A stretch of 64,000 nt of DNA from Pachysolen tannophilus NRRL Y-2460 (Eukaryota), in assembly GCA_001661245.1 (NCBI GenBank), contig KV454012.1, forward strand, positions 650,147-714,146, written 5' to 3'. The position numbers and the translations under genes are program-made. The notes under the pieces are model-generated. The model saw only the letters and a program-made list of their open reading frames with translations. It made no database searches and was not told the DNA's origin. The stretch's first letter is position 1. Every line of letters starts with the position of its first letter. Below are positions 34,789-46,233 of this stretch, piece after piece.

Positions 34789-36447
34789 ATGATCTTCTGG
34801 ATGTATTTGAGGCAGATACTATTATTCATACTTTTAAAGTTCTCCACTCCCGTGTACTCGTCATTTTATTCAAAAGAAGATAAGGTATGTGATCCATTGA
34901 GCAAAGGTTTAGTTACATATTCTGGTTTTAGGATCCATAGAGAGTACATAATAAATAGTTTGAATCCTCCAGTTTTGCATTTCAATAGCATAAGCCATTG
35001 TGAGCATGGGACAGTGGATTTCGAAAGATTAGTGAAAGTGGACAGAAATACAGATATTTCTTTCAATAAACCTTTTTGTATGTTAAAGCCAAATTATATT
35101 GCATCAAAAGAAAGTGAAAAACAAAAATCAACAAGTGTGGAAAATACTATAAAGAGAAGTGTTACAAACGATGTAGATTTGATCCAGGGACAGGGCACCA
35201 TTAAAGAAATTAAGAGAAGAAATCAACATGATGACCAGAATTTGAAAGATGTCATTGATGGTATAAGAAGTGGTCGTCTCAAAATTGATAAAGGAAGGCG
35301 TGGGGGTGTGATGCGCCATAGAAATGTAAAGATTAATCCTAGAGGAGTTGGAGTTGGAACTGGAGTTGAAGATGAAGATGAAGATGAGATTGAAGTATAC
35401 GATTACTCTGAAATTCAGGATATATATGAAGTTCTCAAAAACTTAGAAGATGAAGATGAATATGAAGATGATAATGAAGAAGAACAAGAACCCGAAAATT
35501 TAACCAAAACTAATTTAAATTTAGGAGACGAGTACCATAATGAAACATATTATAATTATTCAAATTATGATTTTTTGATGGAAAATAATTCAGAACTGAA
35601 CTTGGATCGGGAAATGGAGAACAATCTGCTTAAACTGGTATCTTCCTATAGTTTGATGTCATATATCATGGATTTCGCTCAAGGAATTATTTCAAAATTA
35701 GTCACTAGGACGAAATTTGAAGAATATATTGGTCGTAAAAAATCTGTGAGATCCAAAAAATTTGAAATTTTAACACCTGGTAATATAAAATCTCTGAAAA
35801 TTGATGATTTAGTGTGTTATAACATGGTTAGAAGAAAAAAATATGCTAAACGAAAATTGAGTATTTTTGCTCCTTTTAGATTTGTAGGTGGGTTATATGA
35901 ATGTGGATTACCTTTGGAAACAAAGAAAAAAATATTTGATGGTTATTCAAAATCATTATCCACCCCGGAATTAAAATGTGATCCCTCAATGTCAAAACCA
36001 GTTGCACCTTTGATTTCTGATCAGATTTCAGGTCAATGGTTTCAAATATCCAGTGGTATAAATATAATGCAACGAATACCATATCTATATTCACCACAGC
36101 TGTACGATCTTAGATTTAGTGGGTTGTTTGAAGCCAAGTCTAATCGTGAAAGCTGGTACAGTGAATTAGATGTTAACGAGGATTATGAGTACAAAGATAT
36201 TGAATTAAGTTTAATTTCTAAAGCTGTTACAGAAACTTCAAATAGATTATGCAAGATTGTCTTGGATATAGAGAGGATGTTCAAAAAAGATCATCAACTT
36301 GATGTGGATGAAAAAAGTTCTTATTTGTTGAAATTACTTCGGAATCTTGAATTTAGGTCATTGAGTTCTTTGGGGTTATTGAATAGGGAAGAAGCTCTGC
36401 TGAAATTGGAGGTTGTTGAAAAAGCCTGGGATGAGTTAAACATATAA
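34789..36447 (+). CDS. Uncharacterised protein with signal peptide (positional candidate for YGL138C-like)
   Basis: Hydrophobic N-terminus, scattered Cys and an acidic middle. Convergent with FLC, as YGL138C is with FLC3. Confidence 0.5.
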   Translation: MIFWMYLRQILLFILLKFSTPVYSSFYSKEDKVCDPLSKGLVTYSGFRIHREYIINSLNPPVLHFNSISHCEHGTVDFERLVKVDRNTDISFNKPFCMLKPNYIASKESEKQKSTSVENTIKRSVTNDVDLIQGQGTIKEIKRRNQHDDQNLKDVIDGIRSGRLKIDKGRRGGVMRHRNVKINPRGVGVGTGVEDEDEDEIEVYDYSEIQDIYEVLKNLEDEDEYEDDNEEEQEPENLTKTNLNLGDEYHNETYYNYSNYDFLMENNSELNLDREMENNLLKLVSSYSLMSYIMDFAQGIISKLVTRTKFEEYIGRKKSVRSKKFEILTPGNIKSLKIDDLVCYNMVRRKKYAKRKLSIFAPFRFVGGLYECGLPLETKKKIFDGYSKSLSTPELKCDPSMSKPVAPLISDQISGQWFQISSGINIMQRIPYLYSPQLYDLRFSGLFEAKSNRESWYSELDVNEDYEYKDIELSLISKAVTETSNRLCKIVLDIERMFKKDHQLDVDEKSSYLLKLLRNLEFRSLSSLGLLNREEALLKLEVVEKAWDELNI

Positions 36448-36960
36448 TAATTACTAGAAAACATTATATATATGTATATATATATATACTGGGATTTTTA
36501 ATGCATTTTTAGTCATAGACGAATATAAATTTAAATCTAAAACATTGAAAATAATTTAAGATCCAATTTTTGAATATTAAAAATCATTGATTTTTCAATT
36601 TTTTACTGAACACTTTTGAAAGTATAATCTAGTATATATGAAGTATTAAAGTAATTATATAGTACAGCTCAAAGAAAATGAAAATAAATGAAATATATGA
36701 TGAAAAGGACTTCCATCTCTGAAGAGAAAAAAAAAATCAGTATAAAACATATTCGTATAAGAAAGAAAAAAAAATAATAAAAACCATATACATAAAACTT
36801 TCAACATTAATGTGTCTAAAAACCCCCCAAATCAAGCTTAAAAAATTAATAATTCAAATTTTCTATGAAAAAAACAACCAATACAATGATAACTTAAGCT
36901 ATCCCCTCGCTTTCTTTTTTTTTTTTTTTTTTTCTTGCTTTAATTGTTATTATCCACCTT

Positions 36961-39636
36961 TTATGTAGTTGAAGATTTAGATGATTCTCCGTCAATTGAA
37001 TTATTTAAAGATGTACTTGGACCTTCGTAAAAGTTGCTTCCTTTTCTTGAAGGTGTTAAATTATTAAAACTAAAATCATTTTCATTGTAGATATCTTGCC
37101 CTCCTACATTTTCAATATTATGGTAAGCATCTGCGGTACTAGCAGACGTTGCTTCTGGCATCTTGGATCCTTGAACCAAAATTGGTGTAGCAGATTCTGT
37201 TCTATTATGAACTGCTGAAGCAGGATTCTGGAGGTCAGCAGGACCAGCTGGAGATAACAAAGTATCGGAAATTCTTTTCACTTGAACTTGTTCATTATCA
37301 TTTGTATTTGCAGCATCATTAGAAATAGTACCTGCTGGTAAGGGTGGCAGCCCATCTGACAGCAGCAGTTCTGCTAATGCTTGTTTTCTCTTTCTCAAAA
37401 GAGACTTTCCACCAGTTAATTTATGTACTATTTTCGAACCTAAAGATTGATTTACTTCAACCGGCGAATCAAAATCGTCCTTTTCATGTGTAGTCATCCT
37501 ACCATTAGGAGACATTGATGAGCCTTTCAGATCCAATGAATTTTTATTATCGCTTCCAACATAATCTTTTAATTCATACATTTGACCTGCCCAGTTTTCT
37601 CCATGGTCTCTGGCTGTTTGACCTAATGCAAATAATTCCCCAAATTCTTCAGGATTTGAAACATCTTTTGACATTTCAAGATCTCCTTCTGTCTCATTTT
37701 CTTCACCATCAGCTGATTTCTTGTCTTTATGCAGGAAAATGTTAAACCTTTTTTGAAATGATGTTCTATCATCTTTTGCCGGAGCAAATCTTGCATCTGG
37801 ATTCTTGGAGAAAACAGCCATACATGCGTAAACAATAATCATCAACAATAGAATTAAGCTGAAAGCTGCATTTAAAATAAAGAAAACCCAACCCATAATA
37901 GCAGCAACAGGAGCTGGTTGTCCATATAAGTTTGAGAAAAATGTAAATAAGAATGAATTGACTGTAACAACAACATTGATGAGGATATTAATAATATTTG
38001 TTGGTTTATCCATATACGGCATTTCTCTAATCATGTAAGCGGTATAAAATAAATCTAAGATAAAAATTGCAAGTGCTTGAAATTTACCAGATGTTTGGGC
38101 AAATGCAATAAAAATTGCCTTGATAACAATATGTACAAGTACAACACTACCAAACCAATATTTTTTAGCATCAAACATGGTATAAAACCAACCATATCTG
38201 TTTAAAATTCTTGAATCACCATATAATAATGCAGCTGGATTTTTATGTAATTTGACAGAAAGAGAACCAAAGTTTAAAGTTCTATAACATGCCCAACCCA
38301 TGACTGAAATAATCAATAACAAGAATAAACATGCCAATACAATAACAGCTGGGGAATCACGTTCAATAAACTGCCATAATGAAAGAATCAATAATTGAGT
38401 AAATCCAATATACATATATCTTTGTAAAACCCCTTTCAAGATCTGATTCCAGTTTTTTCTAAATTCAATAGCAGTATCAGGTTTAATCCATCCTAATTTA
38501 ATTAAAAATGCCAATGATGATTTAAAGATTAAAAATGCACCTACTAGTACATAACCACAAAGAATGAAAAATGTAAAACCTGTGCAACAAACGCTTGTAA
38601 TTTCTATTCCTGCCTTATATGCTATTCTTTTAATACCTCTAAAAATTAACAAGTTTGAATTACTGTTTAAAGAATATAATCCATCATCTCTTTTAGAAAA
38701 TTTATTTGTAGATGACAATATATTTGGAAATTCTGAATCATCTAAACCATCAAATCCTAAACTTTTTTTAACAAAATTAAAAGATCTTTGAACCAAGATT
38801 GCAATTGTTTCACTTGATAAATATAAAGTTGGAGTACCACCAGTCAGTTGAACGTACCATCTAAATATATCTTGCATAAATGTAATTCTTATTAATCCCA
38901 TTGACCATGCTAAATTTTCCGACCATGCAGCAGCAATAGGAGGTACTTCTTGGACATGTTCCATAGAAACAATAACAACACTTTGGAAATACATGAATAA
39001 TGAAAAAGCATTTGCTGCAATATGAGAAGCGGCATTGGAATTTCCGAAAGCACTTAATAAAGAACCTGATAATAATCCAATACCTGCAACTACTGCTGTA
39101 GCCCATTTTGCACCTACATGGGCAACAGTTTTACCATTTGTGAAACTTGCTTGCATACATGCCAACTCTGTTCCATTATAATAATCCAATACTCTAACTC
39201 TAACTATAGCGTCAATATCTGGAACTTTGTATGCTATTCCTGGGATCTCATCAACATAAGTCAGAGAGATATATTCAATAGAATCGATTTCTACAGAACC
39301 TGGATAAAGAGGACAAAATTGTTTCCACCCAATAGAACATAAATCAATCTCTTTACTAATGATTTGGAATCCATAAGCGTAAACTTCTAAATATGCCATG
39401 ATGTAATCGGAGATTTCCGAAGTGAAGGCCAAATCATATTCCAAAGCTCTAGTATCCGGATTAAAAGTAACATCAAATGTAGAAGCACTTAATAATGATC
39501 CATCCATACATGTCACCAAAGAACTAGCAGATAACTGTCTAGTTGCCGCAGTTCCAGAAATCGAAAATAAACTGAAAAATAGCAACGGAAACACCGGTGA
39601 TATTCGAAATGGTAACGACAACAACCCGAATCTCAT
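36961..39636 (-). CDS. Flavin carrier / TRP-like channel, FLC1/FLC3 type
   Basis: ML-like N-domain (SLVTCM, YAYG, IPGIAYKVPD), VPPIAAAWSENLAWSMGLI and multiple TM segments. Confidence 0.92.
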   Translation of the reverse strand: MRFGLLSLPFRISPVFPLLFFSLFSISGTAATRQLSASSLVTCMDGSLLSASTFDVTFNPDTRALEYDLAFTSEISDYIMAYLEVYAYGFQIISKEIDLCSIGWKQFCPLYPGSVEIDSIEYISLTYVDEIPGIAYKVPDIDAIVRVRVLDYYNGTELACMQASFTNGKTVAHVGAKWATAVVAGIGLLSGSLLSAFGNSNAASHIAANAFSLFMYFQSVVIVSMEHVQEVPPIAAAWSENLAWSMGLIRITFMQDIFRWYVQLTGGTPTLYLSSETIAILVQRSFNFVKKSLGFDGLDDSEFPNILSSTNKFSKRDDGLYSLNSNSNLLIFRGIKRIAYKAGIEITSVCCTGFTFFILCGYVLVGAFLIFKSSLAFLIKLGWIKPDTAIEFRKNWNQILKGVLQRYMYIGFTQLLILSLWQFIERDSPAVIVLACLFLLLIISVMGWACYRTLNFGSLSVKLHKNPAALLYGDSRILNRYGWFYTMFDAKKYWFGSVVLVHIVIKAIFIAFAQTSGKFQALAIFILDLFYTAYMIREMPYMDKPTNIINILINVVVTVNSFLFTFFSNLYGQPAPVAAIMGWVFFILNAAFSLILLLMIIVYACMAVFSKNPDARFAPAKDDRTSFQKRFNIFLHKDKKSADGEENETEGDLEMSKDVSNPEEFGELFALGQTARDHGENWAGQMYELKDYVGSDNKNSLDLKGSSMSPNGRMTTHEKDDFDSPVEVNQSLGSKIVHKLTGGKSLLRKRKQALAELLLSDGLPPLPAGTISNDAANTNDNEQVQVKRISDTLLSPAGPADLQNPASAVHNRTESATPILVQGSKMPEATSASTADAYHNIENVGGQDIYNENDFSFNNLTPSRKGSNFYEGPSTSLNNSIDGESSKSSTT

Positions 39637-40264
39637 TTCCTTTCACAGTATTCAACTTATTAGCAAAATTTTTAAAGTAAAAGTATCTTTAAAAGAAAAG
39701 AAAAAAAAAAGAAAAAGAAAAAGCAGTTATAGTTGTATTTGTATCTTGTATATGTATAAATCAACAGATCAAAATAACAACTCCCTGCAAAATAATAGAA
39801 AAAAATAATTAAAGAAAAAAAAAAAAAATTAGAAGGAATCAAAAACGAAAGCAAAAGAGATAGCAATAAAATAGCTAAACTCAAAGATTCAAGCAAAAAA
39901 AAAAAGGAATAAAAAGAATTGAATATAAATTTAAAAAAATAGAGAAATGAATAAAAAGAAGAAAAAATAGTATGTATTTATGTATTTATTTTATATATTT
40001 AGATTTTAACGGTCAAGTTTAAAACAAAATCAATAAAAATACGACATTACAATTGTTGTAAATTTTTTTTGTTTGTTTTTTTTGTTTGTTTGTTTGTTTT
40101 TATTTTTAGTCTGATTTTTTTTGGCGTGTACACGAGATCAAACGGATACACGGGGAAAGAAACAAAGAAACAAAGAAGATGAGGTGTTGATTCAATTGAA
40201 GTTAGTGTGGGATTGAAGTTGATTTAAAACCTTTTTTTTTTATTTTTTTTTGTTGTTGTTGCTG

Positions 40265-40288
40265 ATGCAGATGAGTATGGGTAAGGGC

Positions 40289-40352
<64 letters not shown>

Positions 40353-40981
40353 GGGTAAAAGCCAGACGAGAATTACTACGAGATTTTTTCAAAGAGGGTG
40401 ACTACGATGAGGATGCAGTGTTAGAGAAATTAAACAAACTAGAGAAATTTCCCGAATTGGAAGAAGAGGTTTTAAAGGTTTTGGAAGATATCTTTACGAC
40501 TAAATCTGGATTACAAGAAATTGTTCTGTTAGTTTTTTCAAATAGTGAGAGAAGTGAAGAAGAATTGGTTAGAGATGTATCTCATTTAATTGGTGGTTCA
40601 TGTATCAGCGGTTATATTGACCGAATTGAACCTAGTCAATTGGATCCAACTTTAATTAGAAATAGATTAGCCGCCGATAAATATCTTCGTCAAGTGATAT
40701 TGAAAAATCCACAAAGTAAGGCAAAATTAAAAAGTCTTAAATTGAAACAGAAAAATTTTGAAATAAAAGAATTTGAAAAAAGGCGCTTATATACAAAAAG
40801 TGAACAACAAGCTCAAATTGATTATGAAATTCTTGAGAAATCAAAGAAACTATACAAGGAACTTCATACAGATTTTAAATTTTTGAAAATACCCTTTTTC
40901 TGTTTGCGCAGAGATTTGTACTACAAAGGTTATAAGCTGGACAGAAAGTATATTGTAAGCTTAATAGATGATTTAGTCTAG
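40265..40981 (+). CDS. Hypothetical protein, DUF2458-like C-terminus (copy 1)
   Basis: Poly-Asn, coiled-coil, and a C-terminal LKIPFF...SLIDDL pattern. First ATG at 40265. Confidence 0.5.
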
Positions 40982-41092
40982 CATACTCTGTTAGATTCTA
41001 ACAGACTCTAAAAGACTTTGAAAGACTTTAAAATGGTCCAGTTTAAGATCTCCTCCATCTCCGCGAATTTTCTTGTTTTCCAAAATTTTTTT

Positions 41093-41230
41093 NNNNNNNN
41101 NNNNNNNNNNNNNNNNNNNNNNNNNNNNNNNNNNNNNNNNNNNNNNNNNNNNNNNNNNNNNNNNNNNNNNNNNNNNNNNNNNNNNNNNNNNNNNNNNNNN
41201 NNNNNNNNNNNNNNNNNNNNNNNNNNNNNN
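41093..41230. other. Assembly gap (N run)
   Basis: N run in the sequence. Confidence 0.99.
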
Positions 41231-41392
41231 ATTTTTAGTCTGATTTTTTTGGCGTGTACACGAGATCAAACGGATACACGGGGAAAGAAACAAAGAAACA
41301 AAGAAGATGAGGTGTTGATTCAATTGAAGTTAGTGTGGGATTGAAGTTGATTTAAAACCTTTTTTTTTTATTTTTTTTTGTTGTTGTTGCTG

Positions 41393-41416
41393 ATGCAGAT
41401 GAGTATGGGTAAGGGC

Positions 41417-41480
<64 letters not shown>

Positions 41481-42109
41481 GGGTAAAAGCCAGACGAGAA
41501 TTACTACGAGATTTTTTCAAAGAGGGTGACTACGATGAGGATGCAGTGTTAGAGAAATTAAACAAACTAGAGAAATTTCCCGAATTGGAAGAAGAGGTTT
41601 TAAAGGTTTTGGAAGATATCTTTACGACTAAATCTGGATTACAAGAAATTGTTCTGTTAGTTTTTTCAAATAGTGAGAGAAGTGAAGAAGAATTGGTTAG
41701 AGATGTATCTCATTTAATTGGTGGTTCATGTATCAGCGGTTATATTGACCGAATTGAACCTAGTCAATTGGATCCAACTTTAATTAGAAATAGATTAGCC
41801 GCCGATAAATATCTTCGTCAAGTGATATTGAAAAATCCACAAAGTAAGGCAAAATTAAAAAGTCTTAAATTGAAACAGAAAAATTTTGAAATAAAAGAAT
41901 TTGAAAAAAGGCGCTTATATACAAAAAGTGAACAACAAGCTCAAATTGATTATGAAATTCTTGAGAAATCAAAGAAACTATACAAGGAACTTCATACAGA
42001 TTTTAAATTTTTGAAAATACCCTTTTTCTGTTTGCGCAGAGATTTGTACTACAAAGGTTATAAGCTGGACAGAAAGTATATTGTAAGCTTAATAGATGAT
42101 TTAGTCTAG
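41393..42109 (+). CDS. Identical copy of the DUF2458-like gene (likely assembly duplicate)
   Basis: Same translation as 40265-40981. Confidence 0.45.
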
Positions 42110-42380
42110 CATACTCTGTTAGATTCTAACAGACTCTAAAAGACTTTGAAAGACTTTAAAATGGTCCAGTTTAAGATCTCCTCCATCTCCGCGAATTTTC
42201 TTGTTTTCCAAAATTTTTTTTTTTTTTTTTTTTTTTTTTCTTTTTTTGATTTTCACATACAAAAAATTTTTTTCTTAGTGGTTATAAAGAGCACACGAAC
42301 AGTAAATATTATTGTTATTATTATTATTCTTATTATAATAATAATAGTAATAGAAGGAAGAAGTATTAGTGGTGATAAGA

Positions 42381-43916
42381 ATGGCAGAAGAATCTGAATT
42401 TATAGCAAAGGCAAATTCATTTAAGGATGAAGGTAATAAGGAGTTAAAAAATAACAATTTTCAAAGTGCTATAGATTTCTATTCACAGGCTATTGATCTT
42501 TATCCGCAGAATGCAATTTTTTTTTCAAATAGAGCACAGGCAAATATTAAACTTGAAAATTATGGATTAGCTATAGAAGATGCTTCCAAAGCAATTGAAG
42601 TTGATCCAAACTATTTGAAGAGTTATTACCGTAGGGCCACTGCATATACAGCTATTTTACAATATAAAAATGCTTTACTGGACATTAAAGTTGTTGTATC
42701 AAAACAACCAAATGATAAATTAGCTTCAAATTTATTTAATGATTTGAAAAAAATCTTGAAAAGACAAGCATTTGAAAATGCAATCAGTGTTGATGATAAG
42801 GATATGAGTTTGATTCAGGCTTTAGATTTTGATTGGATATCAATGGAACCAAATATTAGTGCTCCTGAATTAAATATTAAAGTGGAGAAGGAAAATGATC
42901 AACAAATTGTTAATATAGATTTAACTAGAGAATATGTTGAAGAAATGAACCGTATTTTTAAAAATGGTGGCAAAATTCCTAAAAAACATGCATATGCAAT
43001 AGTAGCAGTTGCTAACCAATTATTTTTAAAAGATAGTTCTATGGTGGAAATCGGTTTACCTATAAATGGTAAAAATCATGGTGATGATGAAATCATATTA
43101 GATGGATGTGAAATAATAACAATATGCGGGGATACTCATGGTCAATATTATGATGTCTTGAATATTTTTGAAAAATTTGGTCAAGTTGGTGATAAACATG
43201 CTTATCTTTTTAATGGTGATTTCGTTGATAGAGGTTCATGGTCTTGTGAGGTTGCATTTTTATTATATTGTTTAAAAATTTTGTATCCTACAAGATTTTT
43301 CATTAATAGAGGTAATCATGAAACAAACGATATGAATAAAGTTTACGGATTTGAAGGTGAATGTAAATATAAATATTCAGAAAAATTATTTAAACTTTTT
43401 GCAGAAAGTTTTAATTCATTACCATTTGCTACTTTAATTGGATCTCAATATTTAGTTATGCATGGTGGATTATTCAGTAAAGACGATGTTAAAATTGCAG
43501 ATATAAAGAAAATTAACAGATTACCAAATAAACAACCTCCTAAAGAAGGTTTAGAAATGGAATTATTATGGACAGATCCTCAACCAGAAAATGGTAGATC
43601 ACCTTCAAAAAGAGGTATAGGAATGCAATTTGGTCCCGATATCACAAAGAAATTCTGTGAATTGAATAATTTAAAATGTGTCATCAGGTCCCACGAAGTA
43701 AGAATGGGTGGTTACGAAGTAGAACATGATGGAAAATTGGTCACTGTATTTAGTGCTCCAAATTATTGTGATTCTCAAGGTAACTTGGGTGCCGTCGTCA
43801 ATTTAAAATTAAAACCTAATGGCTCAGAATATGATATGACTTTTGAAACATTCCAAGCCGTCCCACATCCAGACATTAAACCAATGGCATACAACAATAC
43901 CAGTTTTGGTTACTAG
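42381..43916 (+). CDS. PPT1: Ser/Thr protein phosphatase 5 (TPR + PPP)
   Basis: N-terminal TPRs; GDTHGQ, GDFVDRG and RGNHE motifs; C-terminal VPHPDIKPMAY. Confidence 0.95.
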   Translation: MAEESEFIAKANSFKDEGNKELKNNNFQSAIDFYSQAIDLYPQNAIFFSNRAQANIKLENYGLAIEDASKAIEVDPNYLKSYYRRATAYTAILQYKNALLDIKVVVSKQPNDKLASNLFNDLKKILKRQAFENAISVDDKDMSLIQALDFDWISMEPNISAPELNIKVEKENDQQIVNIDLTREYVEEMNRIFKNGGKIPKKHAYAIVAVANQLFLKDSSMVEIGLPINGKNHGDDEIILDGCEIITICGDTHGQYYDVLNIFEKFGQVGDKHAYLFNGDFVDRGSWSCEVAFLLYCLKILYPTRFFINRGNHETNDMNKVYGFEGECKYKYSEKLFKLFAESFNSLPFATLIGSQYLVMHGGLFSKDDVKIADIKKINRLPNKQPPKEGLEMELLWTDPQPENGRSPSKRGIGMQFGPDITKKFCELNNLKCVIRSHEVRMGGYEVEHDGKLVTVFSAPNYCDSQGNLGAVVNLKLKPNGSEYDMTFETFQAVPHPDIKPMAYNNTSFGY

Positions 43917-44268
43917 TGATGATCTCAATCTCATATTCAAATTGTATTTTTTTTGCAATTTATTTATTGAAATAGTTAAGTAGTTGTTTAGAAGTAGAGA
44001 GAGTTGATGAAAAATAAAGCGTCGTGTAACTTCTTGTATTTAAAAATAAAAATAAAAAATCACAAAAAAAAATTAAAAAAAATTTTTTTTTTCACTTACT
44101 CACCACCACCGAGAACTCATCATCAACTGAGCTGAATCAAACTAGATTCTAGACTTTAAGAGCTCAACTAGTAAAATCAAACTTCTGACCTTTTCATTGT
44201 TTTGATATTACTTAATTATTTGCAGCAATAGACTTTGAGAGCTATAGAAATTTAATTTTGAAATAATC

Positions 44269-45846
44269 ATGACAAGTGCTGTTCAACCGTCACTGGAGTC
44301 TTTGTTTGAGACTATCAGCAAAGATAGATTGACTTATGAGGATAATGAGTTACCAAACTTGTATCCAATTTACTCTTATGTTTCCTCAGATTATCTTACA
44401 CCTCATTTGGCATACTTAAAGTTAACAAGACCGGGAGATCCGTTGCACAAGAAGACTCCAAATTTTTTATTTGAAAGTGCAAAGAATGGAGATACTTTGG
44501 ATAGATATTCTTTTATAGGTTTTAATCCAAAAAAAATCATTAAAACTGGTCCTACTGAAGGTGAAAATATGAATGTTGACCCGTTGTTACTTTTAGAACA
44601 AGAATTAAAAGATGTCAGACAAGCTCAGCTTCCTGCAATTCCAAGATTAAGTGGAGGTGCCATTGGATATATTTCATATGATTGTATTAAATATTTTGAA
44701 CCAAGGACAGCAAGAGATTTAAAAGATGTATTGAAATTACCAGAAGCTGCATTGATGTTATTTGATTTAATAGTAGCGTTTGATCATGTTTTCCAAAGAT
44801 TTCAAATCATAAACAATATTCAAATAAATCCTCAAGATTCAAAACAAGAAATAATTATTAAACATTTAAATGCTTCAAAAGAAATAGAAAATATTAAAAA
44901 AACTTTAACTGATACTGATTCATCTATTCCATATCCTCCACAACCAGAAATTAAACAAAATCAAACTTTTACTTCGAATATTGGACAAGAAGGTTATGAA
45001 AACCATGTCAAATTTTTAAAAGAACATATCATGTGTGGTGATATTTTTCAAGCAGTTCCTTCTCAAAGAATAGCAAGACCTACGTCATTACATCCTTTTA
45101 ATATATATCGCCGCTTAAGAACTGTGAACCCATCACCTTATCTTTTCTATATAGACTATCTTGACTTCCAAATCGTTGGAGCTTCTCCTGAACTTTTGGT
45201 CAAGACAGATCTGAATAACAAAGTCATTACACATCCTATTGCTGGTACATTACCTAGAGGTAAGACTAGAGAAGAAGATGATGCAAATGCAGTTAAATTA
45301 AAAGCTTCATTAAAAGATACCGCTGAACATGTTATGTTGGTTGATTTGGCAAGAAACGATATTAATAGAGTGTGTCAGCCTTCATCTACAAACGTGGATA
45401 GACTCTTATCTGTTGAAAGATTTTCACATGTCATGCACTTGGTCTCACAAGTTAGTGGAACTTTAAGAAAAGATAAAACTAGATTTGATGCCTTTAGATC
45501 AATTTTCCCCGCAGGAACTGTTTCCGGTGCACCAAAAATCAAAGCAATGGAATTAATCAGTGAGTTAGAAAAAGAAAAAAGAGGAGTTTACGCTGGAGCA
45601 GTTGGTCAATGGTCATATGATGGTAGAACCATGGATACATGTATCGCATTAAGAACAATGGTTGTTAAAAACGGTGTTACATATTTACAAGCTGGAGGTG
45701 GTATTGTCTATGATAGTGATCCTTACGATGAGTATGTGGAAACTATGAATAAGATGAAGGCCAATAATAATACGATTGTTGAAGCTGAACAAATTTGGAC
45801 GGAAAGATTGAAGGAAAATAGTTTTGATAGTCAAACTGAAGACTAA
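44269..45846 (+). CDS. TRP2: Anthranilate synthase component I
   Basis: NPSPY, THPIAGT, AEHVMLVDLARND and PAGTVSGAPK motifs. Confidence 0.97.
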   Translation: MTSAVQPSLESLFETISKDRLTYEDNELPNLYPIYSYVSSDYLTPHLAYLKLTRPGDPLHKKTPNFLFESAKNGDTLDRYSFIGFNPKKIIKTGPTEGENMNVDPLLLLEQELKDVRQAQLPAIPRLSGGAIGYISYDCIKYFEPRTARDLKDVLKLPEAALMLFDLIVAFDHVFQRFQIINNIQINPQDSKQEIIIKHLNASKEIENIKKTLTDTDSSIPYPPQPEIKQNQTFTSNIGQEGYENHVKFLKEHIMCGDIFQAVPSQRIARPTSLHPFNIYRRLRTVNPSPYLFYIDYLDFQIVGASPELLVKTDLNNKVITHPIAGTLPRGKTREEDDANAVKLKASLKDTAEHVMLVDLARNDINRVCQPSSTNVDRLLSVERFSHVMHLVSQVSGTLRKDKTRFDAFRSIFPAGTVSGAPKIKAMELISELEKEKRGVYAGAVGQWSYDGRTMDTCIALRTMVVKNGVTYLQAGGGIVYDSDPYDEYVETMNKMKANNNTIVEAEQIWTERLKENSFDSQTED

Positions 45847-46233
45847 TTAATTTCACTTTGTTTTTTTTTTTTTTTTTTTTTTTTTTTCACCTTTTTTCTT
45901 CAATTGTTAATACTAAATACTAAAGAACTCATAAAATAGAATAATACGATATCGAAAACTAAATCATCAATTAAATTGTAAACCAAAATCTATCTTTATA
46001 TAATTCTTGTATTTTATGGCCCTATGTGCTTACGTAATTATGGTTTTTTTTTTTTCAGTTGTTTGGAAAAAAGAAAAAAGCCAAAAAAAAAAAAAAAAAA
46101 TTGCAAACAGGTGTGATGGCCAAACTTTAATGATAACGAATCGAAGTTGTTAATACTACTATTAGGATATATGTATTATCATTGATTAACTATGGGCTAA
46201 AAAAAAAATAAAATAAAGAAAAGAAATGGTATA

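Larger units (their letters stand above)
40102..42220. repeat. ~990-bp direct repeat (40102-41092 / 41231-42220) spanning an N gap
   Basis: Copies appear identical apart from one T in a homopolymer. Offset is 1128 bp. Confidence 0.95.

Noticed and set aside
44096..44102. TTACTCA upstream of TRP2 as a Gcn4 site
   Set aside because: It is only a one-mismatch variant: plausible but too weak to call.
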